A DNA stretch of 64,000 bases from Callorhinchus milii (lineage: Eukaryota), in NCBI RefSeq assembly GCF_018977255.1, contig NW_024704743.1, positions 75,518,001 to 75,582,000 on the forward strand, written 5' to 3'. The notes under the pieces are model-generated. The model saw nothing but the letters and a program-made list of their open reading frames with translations, made no database searches and was not told the DNA's origin. Below are positions 1-13,626 of the stretch, in pieces. The translations under genes were made by a program, and so were the position numbers. The stretch's first letter is position 1. Each line of letters starts with the position of its first letter.

Positions 1-1134
1 GGTCCAATTTGCAACACTTCTTAACGATAGAATTTACTTTGATGATTCTCTTTGGTAACAGATAACATCAGAATGATGGTCTTTTGTGTTGGTATAACTT
101 AATGTACTTCAGCTGACAGGAAGGAATTCCCTCATTTTCTTTTTATGTGACTTGTTTCCTCACTAAGAGATGCTGTAAAGAAATCACGTACGCTATATTG
201 TCCTTAAAAATAAAAGGACAGATGCGTACAGGAATGTTGGAAATAATGAGGAGAGTCCAGCTCTAGCAATGATAACAGAAGTGGAGTGCAGAAAAAGAAG
301 CACAGTGCTGATAATCTCAGATCATTTATTCCCTATAGGAAGTACAGTCCAATAATGTTGGGAGACTCAATATCTTGTGTCCAATCTTCCATCTGGTCTA
401 AGGTATCTGCTGAAGTGCTGGAAGCTCCCCAGGCGATTTGTTGCAGGAATCTCCTTTTTGATTGGCGGCTCCTGCTGGGAGCACTGCAGGCAGCAGACGC
501 TGCTGAGGCCTCCAAGCCTCTCAGATTTGCTGAGAATCTTGGAGAGTGATTTCACACAAACCCAGCGGTCTGCAGAAAATGCCTGTGAAGTCCTTTAATG
601 CGTTGCTACGCAGAGCTACAGCCCAGCACCACAATCAAGAAGTCTCCATTTGAACTGCAGCAACATAACCCATCAGTACCTCAGAAATTGATCGTGGGCC
701 CTGTTACTCGGAATGCAATGTCCACTCTCAACGTATTGCATCACCCTGCTACCTGTACATACCTGGCCTGCAATTGCCCCTAATTTAATGGGTAACTTGT
801 CATTTGAACATTTCTTCAATTTAGTCTTATTCCAAATGAATTTGTGAATTGTCAAAAATTCTTTATGATTTTAAATTTTAAGACAATGGTCTTAAAGCTA
901 AGACCATGTAACACATGCGGGCTACCTAATATGCAGAATTGACCGTGCTGTTTGTACTCCATCACTTAGATTTTTTTTCTGCAAGAACTGTTAAGCATAA
1001 TGTTAAAACTTATATTATTCTTTGTTCTATAAATGTTGAATGCAAAATTGTGCTCCCCTAGCTAACCAGTAGCACCGATTTCTAAAAAGTTCGGACATGC
1101 TGGGACAATCTTACAGATTTTTAAAAGAAATAAC

Positions 1135-1440
1135 AAAGAGGTAAAGATTGTGCAGTGGATGTGTTTTTTTTATGGATTTTCAAAAAGCATTTTGATGAGG
1201 TATCACGTAAGAGGCGTATTTCAAAGATTATGGCACATGAAATTCAGGGGAATTTGGCTGCAAGGATGGAGAGATTGTTGGAATTCTTTCAAGGAGTAAA
1301 GATAAGAGGAAGTTACTCAAACTAGGAGGATGTAGTGAGTGGATTTGCATTAATGTCTGTGTCGGGCATCTCTTATGTACTTTGTGCATAATTGATCTGG
1401 ATTTAAGAATTGAGAGAAAATATTGAAATTTGCGAATTGG
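1135..1440 (+). mobile_element. Old CR1 RT fragment
   Basis: gtggatgtg...atggattttcaaaaagcattttgatgagg is a decayed VDV..MDFQKAFD.V motif. Confidence 0.7.
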
Positions 1441-3105
1441 AATCATGGGAGTTTTGTGACGGATTAAATGTACCACTTTGAATCTGTTATAGAATGTTGC
1501 CTTTTCTATCCTAAATCACAAAATGAAAATAAATAACAATCCTTGCATTTGATATAGCGTCTTTCATGTCAGGAAGGCGTCTCAAAGCGCTTCACAAGAG
1601 ATACTGTAAAGTGTAGTTACTGTGTATTTGTAGGTGAATGCAGCAGCCCATTTGCACACAGCAATGGGCTGCAAATAGCCATGAAAAGATTGAGCAATTT
1701 TATTTGGGAGATTGTTGGCCACGACACTGGGAGTAGTGCCTGGGAATCTTTAATCCACCTGAACAGGCAAATAGAGCGTCAGTTTAATGTCTCATCCAAA
1801 GGATGGCAACTCCAACAATGAAACACACCCCAGCAATGCATTGGAGTGTCAGTTTAGACTGAGTAAGGGGATAGAACCCACAATCTTCTGACTCAGAGGT
1901 GAGAATTGCTATGATCCGACTGTACACAAATTAAACAAATGGTCAGCAAAAACAATTCTTTATACGGAGGCTGGTTAGATCATAATAATCCTTGCATTTT
2001 GATATAGTGCCTTATCACGTCTTCAAGACACCTCAAAATGCTTCACAGAATATACTGTAAAATGAATTGACTGTTTATTGTGTGGGCGAAATGCGGCAGC
2101 CAATTACGCTCAGCAATGTCCCACAAACAGTCATGGATTAAGTGACTAACTTATTATTATTATTTTTATTTTGGAGGGATTTTTTGGAGGGATCATGAAA
2201 TTATCTGTCACAAACCATTGTTTATGGAGAGTCCACAAATTATTTTGGAAAGGAATTTGATAGAAGCTTGAAAAAGAGAAAAATCAAAAAAAAAAGGGAA
2301 GTGCTCAGGAGAATGGGATTCGACTGGATAGTTCATGTGGAGATAAGCACCAGTGCAGACTTCATGGACTGAATGGCATGTTTTAATGCTGTAACATTCT
2401 ATGATTCCAGGAAATCTGTGTAATTCTTTCCACTAAAATCATACTATCTTCCTTTACCTTTAACCAATATTCTTGCCCCTCTATGCTTGCTTCCTAAAGC
2501 AATGGCAGATGAAACCTGTCGAAAAAGTGGAACAGTAATCTGGTTGCTGTTGATAGAAACATCTTCTCAGTTTGTTGTTGTGAACAATTTTTTTTGGAGA
2601 CGGGGAAAAAAAAACAAATTCTCACAGGAAAATGAAGCAGATGGTGGAGGCTAGGAGGAGAGACGTGCCCTTACCACTGTGAAGAGGCAGCAAAGAGCGG
2701 CATATAAATGCACAGCAAGAACTCATGGGAGGCGTGCGGATGACATTGTCAGCCTTTGTCTTATCGCCTGTCTCTGGATTTGGAATCAGCGTCCACTCAA
2801 GCTAAACAATTAGCCAAGGATCAATGAAACAACAAAACAAAGAAAATTAATGTTTCAGTTTTCAGTTTTTTATTTTATTCCTCCCTTTTTCTCTCTTTTG
2901 GGGCAAAATTTGCCTAGTTTCTTAACACATTCCTTCTGCTAATTAACACAAGGAATGGGTTAAGAGACACAGCAAATTTTTCCTTTGCGTCTCTTTCATG
3001 TTTTTATATTTTCTGTTTAGATTTCTGGATCTGAACAAATGCTTCAAGCAGATGTATTGTTTTTTAAACAAAAGTAATATCCTCACTCCTTATCACATGT
3101 GCAGA

Positions 3106-3480
3106 TGTCAGCCTGGCTCAGCAGGTAACACTCTTGCCACTGAGTCAGAAGGTTGTGGGTTCAAGCACCACGTCGGATCTTTGAACTCACAGTCGAGGTT
3201 AATGCTCTAGTTCAGTGAGAGGGAAGTACCTTATTGTTGAAGATATTGCTCTTTTGGTGAGATGTTAAATCTCCCCATTCCTTCTCTCCCTTTACTCGGC
3301 ATCTTTTCCCTCTCAATCCCTCTTGGCTCCCACCCCTAGCTTGGGTATCCAGCCAGCAGTTTCAAGTATGAATATAAATCCAAACTAATACATAAATTGT
3401 ATTGTATTATAAATCTAGGTTTTGTGTGCCTGCTTAGGCGGATGTTAAAGATCACACGGCACTATTCGAAAAGGAAAGGA
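3106..3480 (+). mobile_element. Deu-SINE carrying an internal insertion; near-identical to 5967-6385
   Basis: Direct comparison: 3140-3458 vs 6001-6385 differ by 4 substitutions and one 66-bp indel. Confidence 0.9.
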
Positions 3481-5966
3481 TATTGTCTTAGTCAGCAAGT
3501 TGTGGGTTGATGCCCCACATTGGGATTTGAACTCACATTGTCTGGGCTGACATTCCAATGCAGTGTTGGAGGGTACTGCATAGTTACAGGTGCCACTCTT
3601 CAGATAAGACATTAAACCAAGGTTCTGTTTGCCGTTCAGGTGGATATTAATGATCCCACGACACTACTCAAAAAGAGAAGGGAGTTTTTCCCAGTGTCCT
3701 GGCTAACAATGCCCTATATATTTGCTGACATTCTACTTAATACTGGATCTTCTTAGTGACCTCAGTGTGCCCGGACACCCTATTACATAGAAAAGCAGTA
3801 ACTTATTGAATTGCCTGTGCACAAGGCAAATTTAATATGTCATTTTTAAAACTAGATTCTTGAAATAACAGGATCTATTAAATTAAGTCATTTTTTGAGC
3901 AGCAAAATGAATAACTAACTGACCTTTTCCCTCCTTGTTTGACTTTGAGACAAATTCAGCAGACTCCCCACATCTTCTTACAAAAGGCACAGTTGCAACA
4001 CTTCACAGTAAATCCTGTGAAGCGCTTCGAGATGTCCCCTTGATGGGAAAGGCGTTATATTATTATTTAGTGGATTTTCCTACCATAATCAAATGAAGCC
4101 TGCATGAGGTACATTTGTACACACTGAGGAATGCTCTACTTTTTCAACAGGAATTTTAACTCACAATCTAGGCTGACACTCCAATTTAGTACTAGGGCTA
4201 CCTTACATTATCAGAAGTGCCATCATTTGGCTTAGACTTGTTCAGGTGGATGTTAAAGATCCCATGGCATTATTTGAAAAGAGAAAGGGATATCCCCCAG
4301 GGTCACAATCCTCCAGATAAAATTGATAATTTATTTCATGGGTGTTTGTGGATATTTGGTGATACATAATAGTTACCATGTTTTGCCTAAAAAGATAGTC
4401 ACTACACTTGATAGTAATTATTGTTTAGCGCATTGGGACTCTGATGTGTTGAGGGGCTAAATTAAACATAACTTCTTTATTCTTTCTTTGTGCAATGATG
4501 AGGAACTCTGCTTACTTCAGACGCTTTGCTTCACTTGCAATTATTACAATAAACTGCATTGAGCCCACAGATTGTATGATCCTATTATGATTGTTACACT
4601 AAAAGAACCAGCTAGGTGTTAATAAAGAGAACAGACTGTTTCTCCTTAACCTGTGCCATAACACATTATAGAATTCAAAGACATAGCATTTACGCCAACC
4701 CACCCATTTGAATCTCTGCTAATTATGCAATGTGAGTAATATAAGGGATGTTCCGGAGTTCCACATTGAAGATTCACTTTGTTCAGCAAGTAACGGTAAA
4801 GATACACCTTGATGTTTCCAGCTGTCATTCGGATCAAGGAGACATTTCTAAAAATAATAAAATCATAATTCTTGCATTTAGACCCGTAGAACCAAATGAA
4901 TTTACAGCACAGAAGAAAGCTATTTGACCCATGTGTCGATGCTGGCTCTTTTAAGAGCAATCCTTTCAGGCCCATGTACCCCCCTTTCACCATACCCCAC
5001 TCACTTATTCCTTTTTATAGAACCAAGAACATTTGATATAGTGCCTGAAACATTGGAATTTCTTTCACAGGGAATCGCTTTTCAAGTGTAGTGACTGTGT
5101 ACTTCTAGGCAAATGTAGCAGACATTTTCCATGCATTTCCCCCAGTATTCAGGTTCAGGAGTATTTACCCGTCCAATGACTTATCCATTAGCCCAGAGAC
5201 CTTATCTGGTCCTGTTCAGTGCATGGTGCAGCAATGCATTTGCAGCTTTATTTACAAAGGAAGATTATATAGCAGATAGCATTCCTTGCATTTGATATAG
5301 TGACTTTCATGTTAGGCGAATGTCTCAAATCACTTTACATTCATTTTAAATATAGTGACTATGTATTTTGTAAGCAAACACCTGATTGGGAATTCATTGC
5401 ATTCAATTTGAGAACACTGATCTAAACTGAGCGCAACTGCTTAGCATTTAGATGGGAGTGTGACTGTCCCTCCTCAGTGCCCCAGATACTATCTATCTAT
5501 CCAGTGTTTAGATTTTCAGACCATTTTGTCTTTCAGTGAATTCCAATTATGCCGGATTCCTGCAATTCTTAAAACAAAACCGGCTTCCAAATTATAACTG
5601 AATTAAATTTTTTTCACAATTCTGTGCCATCTAAATAGACAAAATATTTTTCAGGCTAAAACTAAGTGAAATTTTTGTTTTCTGTGTTTGCCAACTACCA
5701 GCATAGATTGTACTGACAGGTCAGTGGAAATTCAAATCAGACCATTCACACCAGTCTCTTTGAAATTATGTCGTTTCACAGCTAGATGGATTTGGCATCA
5801 ATAATTCTATGCTGTTTGATTGTCAGTTTTACTGTGAATCAACCGATAATTCACAACTAATGTGAGTATACACCTTTCATGTAAATTGTGGAACATTGGC
5901 TTCCATTTACATAGTTATTTGTCTCTCTGCATATTATCAGCCACATGAGGTAACTCTACACTATGG

Positions 5967-6385
5967 TGTCAGCCTGGCTCAGTCAGTAACATTCTTGTTT
6001 CTGAGTCAGAAGGTTGTGGGTTCAAGCACCACGTCGGATCTTTGAACTCACAGTCGAGGTTAATGCTCTAGTTCAGTGAGAGGGAAGTACCTTATTGTTG
6101 GAGATATTGCTCTTTGGGTGAGATGTTAAATCTCCCCATTCCTTCTCTCCCTTTACTCGGCATCTTTTCCCTCTCAATCCCTCTTGGCTCCCACCCCTAG
6201 CTTGGGTATCCAGCCAGCAGTTTCAAGTATGTCATACCTATCCAGTTTAGATGCTCGGTTATTGCCTTTTAAATTATGTCATATAAGTATTTATATGAAT
6301 ATAAATCCAAACTAATACATAAATTGTATTGTATTATAAATCTAGGTTTTGTGTGCCTGCTTAGGTAGATGTTAAAGATCACACG
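5967..6385 (+). mobile_element. Second copy of the insertion-bearing Deu-SINE segment
   Basis: See 3106-3480. This copy retains 66 bp (6232-6297) that is absent from the first copy. Confidence 0.9.
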
Positions 6386-6797
6386 TTTGATAATCTAGGC
6401 TGACACACCTAGTGCATGGTACAGCAAGCGAATTGAAGCTTCAGTTACACAGAAAGTTTATGTGATAGATAACCTGGGGGAACACTGCATTGCTGGAGGC
6501 ACCATCCTTCAGACTGAGGTCATATCTGTCTGTTCAGGTGGATACTAACTATCCCATGGCAACATTTGAAAGATAATGGAGTTTTTCCTGGTGACCTGGC
6601 CAAAAATGTCCCCAAGTAAAATTGTTCATTCATTCCATGGCTGTTTGTGGGACATTGCTGTGGGTAAAATGGTTTGCCACGTGCCCCTACAAAATACACT
6701 GTCATTACACAGAGTAAATCCTGGGAAGCACATTGAGATGGCCTCCTGGTGTGAAAGGCGCTAGATTAAAGTAAAGATTATTATTATTATTATAACT

Positions 6798-7110
6798 AGT
6801 CCTGTAGCTCAGTGGTTAGAGCACCTTGCAAGTGAGAGACCTGGGTTTGATTCCCAGCAGGGTGAAAACTTGGGCAAGTTTCCTTACTCCACACGTCTGA
6901 TAATAATCCCTCAAGAGAAAAAAAACAATAATAATAAATTGGTCACTTCAATCCACTACTGTTTGTGGGACACTCCTATGCGCAATTGGCTGCGCAATTT
7001 CGCCCACAAATATACAGTCAATTCACTTTACAGTTTATTTTGTAAAGCGCTTTGAGATGTCTAGAAGATGTGAAAAGCGCTATATCAAATGCAAGTATTA
7101 TTATTATATT
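6798..7110 (+). mobile_element. Young tRNA-CORE-Deu-L2tail SINE (short form)
   Basis: A box tagctcagtggttagagc, B box gtttgattccc, CORE-like ttgggcaagtttccttactcc, Deu-like gtttgtgggac...caattggctgc, tail gcgctatatcaaatgcaag(att)n. Confidence 0.85.
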
Positions 7111-8889
7111 ATATATATTCTATTGCAAAGCTGCAGTCAAATGGTAAAATTCATCAGGCCGGGGGTCGTGTGTGCACAGACATCGCATTGAGGGCAGTCT
7201 CAAGGAAAGCACCAATACGTCGAGGTACATTTCCACAAGGAGATTGTACGTTCAAAGTGCATGTTAGACCACATATACAATGCAATCTATGTAATGTCGT
7301 TATTAGTTATGTATGGAACAAAATCAGGAAACTACCTGGGAATATATAGGTGTAGCTGCTCCAGGATAGAGTTTCAACACTCCCTATTGAGTGTCTTATT
7401 TTAATTTAGGTGGGTTCTGTCTACGTTTGATTCAGGTGAACATACAGGGACCCACCCTGCTGTGACCATTTCAAAGAAACATGGAGTCTGTTTCTGGGTT
7501 GTCCAGGTTTGTCCAAATCAAAATTTACCTTCCAATTGGAGTAAGGCTGCTCACCTTATTGATAGTCATGGTGGGTGATGTGCTTTTACTCACCAGGTCA
7601 TCAAAAGTCCAAGACGTTTATTTTTACTCTTGTTTTGATTTTACCATTGCTATTCTGTAATCGTGTTAAATTTTCCCTTTCCTTTTAGCTTCCACTTGGT
7701 CACAAACCAAGAGTTAGCCAATGCCTTGCTCTTTAGAACTTGCCCAATGCCATTTTCTGCCACCAGAAGAGCATATGAGAATGGCCCTCTGGTTGACCAT
7801 CTCTCTGATTTTTGCCTCCATTTCTCTGGACAATCACCTGCCCTGTGCTCACCTCACTTCACCTCCCCCCCTCCCTACGACTAAGCCCAAGGTTACAACT
7901 CAGATCCAAATTTTTTCATGAGCCCAGTTTTTCCTGTCCTTGTGGTTGACATGCTACACATCAGCAGATGTTTCCTTCACATTCTTCCAGGAATCCCTTA
8001 CATGAGTGAGCATCTGACGATGTCAATGCCATTATTTCACATGAATAGGCAGACATTAGGATGACCTGGTATTGCAGGCAATTCAGCACCTAATTCCCAC
8101 CCAGATGGAATCAGGTTGCAGTCCCAGGGCTGCTTGTAGCTCAGGCTCACTGGCATTGAGGAGTGGGAGATCCTTCAATTCTCAGTGGGATATTACATTT
8201 CATACTGTAATAGGAAGAATGTTTGAAAGTCCTGATGGCAATCACTTCAGATACTCCTCATCAAACCACAGTGTCTGAAATGCGACATTCACATTTAATT
8301 GCAACTTCTGGTTTGCGAGTGTTGCATTATTCGCACTGGGACTTATGAAAATTGAAGAAGGAATCCCAAGCCGTCAGTCAGTCTGAGGAAAGGCCAGCTT
8401 CACAGGATATTGATTGAGTAAAATCAGCGCTCTCATTTTAGCAAACTACTGATCTCTGTGAAATTGAATGCAAATATCTTCAGATCCAATCACTGGACCA
8501 TGGGGAGAAGGGGCTTGTTTGTGTTCGGTATCATGGGCGGTCTGTAGGAATGAATGGGAAATGTGAGGTTTCATAATACATCTAATGCCTTTTAGATGCT
8601 CTGTTATTGCCTTTTACATTATGGCATTTAAAATGATCAGCAAACCTGGCTCTTCGATAGGGCTCTGACCAGTCACTGGGACCATGGATTGTCCTAGCTG
8701 GACAAGCAGTTAGAAGCTCGATAATGCTCTCATCTTAAGCTAGCTAAACTTTAACAGCACCCCATCACACATTCTGGATCCCTTTTGCAATTGTGTGTGT
8801 AAAACTCCTGGAATTAGGTAAGCAAGGTGCATCCTTCAATGGAGAAAGTGTGCATTCCAATCAAAACACAAGGAAATCTCCCCCAGTGA

Positions 8890-11688
8890 CCCTGTCCCTC
8901 TTGTTGAAGCCTCCGCTCCTGGCTACACTTTTCACCACACCTCCCGCCCCAACCAACATGGCGGTGGGGTGGCCCTCGTCTTCAAAGCTTCCCTTGGTCT
9001 ATCCCTTTATTCCTCTGACTTGTTTTTCCTTCTTTGAGCACCTCACCCTCTACCATCCCTCCTTCCGCTCCCTCAAAATCCTCCTAGTTTACCGCCCCAT
9101 CCCCCCCAAACCTCCTGGCTCCTTTCTCATTGATATCTTCTCTCTCCTCTCATCCCTGTCCCTCTGCACTGAACACCTGCTCATAATGGATGATTTCAAT
9201 CTCCACCTTAACTCTTCTTGGATTTCACTGCCCTCCTCCTCCTTAAACCTCACACTCAACATCAACTCACCGACCCACAACTGTGGCCACCCCCTCGACC
9301 TCGTCATCACACAGGGTCTTGACATTTCCAACATGTCCATCATGGACAAGGCTATCTCAGATAACTTCCTCATCTCCCTCTTCTCCAGTATCCCCTTCCG
9401 CTCTTCCAAACCTTCCACCATTTTTTTCCACCTCTGGAAAAAGCTTCCCCCTGCATCCCTCACAATTGCCTTGTCTTCCTCAGACCTCCTCTCCCTCTAG
9501 CCCTTCACCTGCAGCGATCCTGATGTAGCCACCAAGCTGCTGAATGACCATCTCTCCACAACCTTTAATTCTCTGGCTCCCCTGAAATCCAGGACTGTTT
9601 CCAAATCCATCCACCCGCCCACATTGGTACATAAGTCATCTCCGCTCACTTAAAACTCAAACCCAGACGCTTGAGCACAGATGGCAGAAATCCAGTCTCA
9701 CGATTCACCGCCATCTGTGGCTCGAGCACCTCCGCACATACCGCCTCTCCCTTTAACAGGCTCAAACTGACTTTTACTCCGAAGTCATCCTGGAGGCCAA
9801 AAACAACCCAAAGACACTGTTTTCCACCATCCATCACCTCCTCCGTGCACCTCTTCAAACCCCCACTATCCTCACATCAAACACCAAGCGCAACAAGGTC
9901 TTTAACTTCTTCACCTCAAAGATTGAGGCTTGGCTGCATCATTCTCCCACCCATGTGCACTTTCACCCCACCCAGACCATCCACACCAACTTCTCCCTCT
10001 GCCACAACTCTTGCCACTCTCCGCTCCTTACATTCGTTTGCCCCCATTATTCCCTCCTTCCTCTCAACCACAATCACCCAGATGAAGTTCACCACCTGCT
10101 GCCTTAACCTCCTCCCCACTCAGATGCTGGTCACTCAATTCCCCCTTCTCTCCCCCCTGCTGGCTGACACGGTCAACCAGTCTCTCTCCTCATGCTCTGT
10201 TCCACTCCCACTGAAAAATGCTGCGATCACACCCCTCCTCAAAAACCCACCCTTGATCCCTCTAATCTACCACACTACCATCCCATCTCCAACTTACCCT
10301 TCCTTGCTAAAGTCCTGGAAATGCACTGCAGGTCAACTTCAGTCACACCTCTCCCTCCACTCCCTTCTCGAGCCCCTACAGTCTGGTTTTCGCCCTGCCC
10401 ACAGCACAGAGAAAGCACTTGTCAAAGTCACAAATAATGTCCTCTCCATCTGTGACCTCTGCCTCCTAGTCCTCCTCATAGTCAACCACACCATCATCCT
10501 TCATTGCCTCTCCTCCCTCCACCTCTCCACTTTAGTGGGACCGCACTCGCATGGTTCGAGTCCTACTTAACGAACTGCCTCCACTTCATCTCAGCAAATG
10601 GTTTCTCTTCCCACCTCTACCCGATCACCTGCAGGATACCCCAGGGCTCCATCTTTGGCCCTCTTCTTTTCCTCATATATATGCTCCCTCTTGGTGATGT
10701 TATCTGCAGATATGGGGTTAACTTCCACATGTATGCATTTAACACACAAATCTACTTTGCCTCCTCCAGTATCGACTCCAGGTCCGCTGATGTTCTATCA
10801 GCTTGATTGGCAGACATCAAGGCCTGGATGAGTGCGAACTTCCTCAGCTGAATGTGGACAAGACGGAAGCCATACTCTTTGGTTCCTGTCAATGTTTTCA
10901 CTCCTGCTGATCTAAACTCCTCAACCTTTCTGGGCTCTCCCTTAGACTCACCAAACCAATGCGCAATCTAGGCATTTGGTTTGACCCCCAGCTGTCCTTC
11001 CTCCCCCACATCCGGTCCCTGACCAGGACTGCCTTCCGACACCTCTGCCACATTGCCCGTCTTCGACCATACCTTACCCCAAATGCAGTCGAAACCCTTG
11101 TGCGTATGTTTGTCACCTCCCTCTTGGATTATTCCAACGCACTCCTTGCCAATCTCCCCAGCTCCACCATTCAAAAGATCCAGCTCATTCAGAACTCTGC
11201 CACCCGCAAACTGACTCGGAGCAAACTCTGTACTCACATATCACCAGTTCTGGCCAGGCTCCACTGGCTCCCCATCAACAAATGGATCGACATCAAGATC
11301 CTCACACTCGTGTTCAAATCCCTTCACTCCCTGGCACCTCCCTACCTCTCCAACCTCCTCACTCCCCAATCCACCACTGAGTGCCTCCATTCGACTGGCA
11401 CGGCCTCCTGCTCATCCCTCGCATCCTCTGTTCCACCATTGGAGGTTGCACTTTCAGCCACTATCTCCCGAAACTCTGTAATGCTCTCCCTCAATCCCTC
11501 TGCCTTGTCCCCTCGCTCCCCTTTTTCAAGTCTCGCCTGAAAACCTTCCTTTTTGACCATGCTTACAGTTACCTCCCCATCCCCACTCCCCGCCCCCTGG
11601 CTCAGAATCAGGCTTCGCCAATGTTAAGCGCTCAGAGACACTACCCTGTGCGGAGGGCACTATATAGATGCAAGTTGATGTTGTTGTT
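8890..11688 (+). mobile_element. Decayed L2-clade LINE (ORF2: APE endonuclease + reverse transcriptase, 3' UTR and tail)
   Basis: Frameshifted ORF pieces carry L2 motifs (LLVYRP, DDFNLH, GHPLDLVIT, QSGFRPAHSTE, PQGSIFGPLLF, LDYSNALL, LHWLPI, LKTFLF). Ends in a stem-loop followed by a (GTT)n tail. Confidence 0.95.
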
Positions 11689-12899
11689 TACACATGTGGA
11701 ACTCAGTCTGGTTCAGATACTCCTTAGCTTTGTGATGCATTTCCGCAAATGACAGACACCAGGATGATACAACTGAGCAGGAAGAAATGTTTCACAACTT
11801 GCAAACCAATGCAGAATGGGGTTTCGGGGTCTAATTTGCGATATTACTTTTTAAGATTCTTTAATAAGATATTAGAGGCATGAAAATCAAGGCTCCTTCC
11901 AGTTTCTGATGGATCCATCACAGTGTCTCTGAGACTCCTCTTCAATACAAACTGCACCTGGAGCAGAGATCCTGCGGGTTGACAGGAATTCTAACAGAAT
12001 TCTTTATTAAGAAATCCTGTTAAGAAATTCTGCAAGTTTGACTCCTCAGTTTCCAAATTACTCTAATAAACATTCTTCATGTTGCAATTGTTAGCTCCTC
12101 CAATGCACTGAGCAATTTCTTGCACCACATCACTCACTCTGGGGATTAAACGTTTTTGTTGAGTAGACAGGAAATATAGGCTTTGAATGGGGTACAATAG
12201 GATTGCAGAGCTACTGCGCCTAAAGCAGGAATGCGAGTAAAAGAACTATGGAGTAGTGAGTGTGACTGGAAATGAGTGAAACGGAGAGAGAAAATGGTAA
12301 GTTAACCCAGGCACTGCAGAGAAAGCAGAGGTCAAAGCAGAGGGGACTTGCAGGAAGATCTGAGTAAGATACACAGAATGGTTTTATAAAGCTCTGCAGA
12401 GTATAATGGAAAAAAAAGCATACGTTTAAATAGAACTCAGAACATTTGGAAGTAAACCGCAAGTTACAACAGAATCTGACCCTGGCAATGTTGTACAGAA
12501 AACAGAGGATGTGTAATGAGATGAGGGCGAGGCTTGAGAGCACACAGAGAATTTGATAAGAGAGAAAAGAATGGTTCATTAAGGGCTTGTGTCTTTGAAT
12601 TTAACAGTAGCAATGACGAATTCAGATCGAAGATGCAATGCGGATTTTGAAGATTTTGGTTGAACATCTTACCCGAATGTCTTAAAAGAACTGAACCATT
12701 TGCATAGGAGATGTATACGGCCATTGTAACCTTCAATGCTTTTTAAATAAAATTCTGATGATTTTCTTACTGCGAGATTATGATTGTTCCGATGTTTCCT
12801 TAAGTGCAGTTTAATATTTCAGTGGTTCTTATTAAAATCACATGAAGTTTTATGATACGGCTTGGTATAAGAAGCTCATTATTTAAGTGAGTTCCCTTT

Positions 12900-13460
12900 T
12901 GTAACAAAGACCTCTTCTGCACATGCGCCCTGTTTATTTGCCCGCCTCATCTGGCAGCACCTTTCCAGTCCACTAGACACTAACATCTGATGAGTCAAAC
13001 TTCCCATTTCAGACTAATCAGTTGACTGCACTAATTGCGAATGCAAATATGCAAATTTATATTAATTAATTACTCTGCTAATTAGTTATGTGGTCTTTTG
13101 CAGTAATAAATCATTGTGCAGTAGAAAGGAAACGAGTCTTGTCCCATTTCGCTCCACATAAAATTTTAATACATGCCTTCAAAAATAACTCCAATCTGAT
13201 CATTGTGCTTCCAGTGATGATTCCCCTGCAGGAAGGTATAATTGTAAAAGGGTTTTCAAATCTTCAGCAAATGCCATCAACAAGGTATCTGTTAACAATT
13301 TAATTATCACATTATCAGCTTCCAAAAAGGCGAGTTTTCTGCGCTCCGGGCTGATACTGAAAGCTTTGTATATTCACACATTTAACTGAATAGCAAATTC
13401 TCTTTCACTCATCCCACTGAATAGGTAAATGAACCTGGAAGGCCTGTGCTGCTAAAGCAG
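12900..13460. promoter_or_regulatory. Candidate conserved enhancer (tandem POU octamers, homeodomain, FOX and E-box motifs)
   Basis: Repeat-free stretch with ATGCAAATATGCAAAT at 13041-13056, TAATTAATTA, TGTTTATTT and CATCTG. Motif evidence only. Confidence 0.4.
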
Positions 13461-13626
13461 GATGGACACCCTGTGTGACGAATGAGCCCTGGTGGAAGTA
13501 CAGTGATTGTCAGCTGGCCTGTATGACTGCTTTTAGCACTTACAGTGCAATGAATGTGTTAGTGCATTTAAATCGAGGATGTTATGTCATTTCTGAGTAC
13601 TGTATTCCTTTGGTTCGAAATAGGTT

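Noticed and set aside
286..783. Overlapping short ORFs with coding-like composition on both strands
   Set aside because: No recognisable homology and no consistent splice model. Could be UTR or an unrecognised exon, but I cannot support a call.
8793..11752. Long ORFs of 193-299 aa as host genes
   Set aside because: They are frameshifted pieces of a dead L2 ORF2.
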